Shown here piece after piece: positions 63,846 through 64,000 of a DNA stretch of 64,000 nucleotides. Every line of letters begins with the position of its first letter. The first letter of the stretch is position 1. The notes beneath the pieces were generated by a model. The model was not told the origin of the DNA. It saw only the letters and a program-made list of their open reading frames with translations, and searched no databases. Location: contig OX597823.1 of NCBI GenBank assembly GCA_951406725.2, positions 49,538,001-49,602,000 of the forward strand. Direction: 5' to 3'. The stretch comes from Octopus vulgaris (lineage: Eukaryota). Made by a program: the position numbers and the translations under genes.

Positions 63846-63988
63846 CAGTGGCATATGGTGGTTATTGTATTAGGTGTGCTGCCACACCCAATGCCACGAA
63901 ATTTCAAGGAAGGGTATAACAAAAGTTTTCTATTAAAATTTGTGATTAAATTTGTGCAGACCTAGCACACCCAGAATATACACCCTTG
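63846..63988. mobile_element. short hAT-like MITE inserted in a family E repeat
   Basis: Ends CAGTGGCATAT and ATATACACCCTTG, with subterminal GGTGTGCT/AGCACACC. Flanks CTCTAAAC and CTCTAACT form an imperfect 8-bp TSD. Confidence 0.55.
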
Positions 63989-64000
63989 CTCTAACTCTTA

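Overview
This is AT-rich, CpG-depleted, microsatellite-dense animal genomic DNA, most likely a coleoid cephalopod such as Octopus (inferred from the repeat families and SSR load, not from a search). One clear host coding exon is present (27253-28918, + strand). It encodes a 549-aa C2H2 protein with five N-terminal fingers, an acidic middle region and a C-terminal Ikaros/Hunchback-type finger pair. The rest is intron-, UTR- or intergenic-like sequence filled with transposable elements: several tRNA-derived SINE families, 5'-truncated RTE LINE ends with variable tandem arrays, two CRE-like (restriction-like endonuclease) fragments, a decayed hAT element with TIRs, and TTAA-flanked and hAT MITEs. 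The most striking structure is a ~2 kb fold-back palindrome of a Penelope-like element about 390 bp upstream of the zinc-finger exon. Its 3' region carries a tRNA-like Pol III cassette in both arms, followed in one arm by a hammerhead-ribozyme remnant. Several other degenerate hammerhead-like motifs are scattered through the window. Most ORF-track entries are SSR or TE artefacts. SINE family labels A-F are my own working labels, and TE boundaries are approximate.
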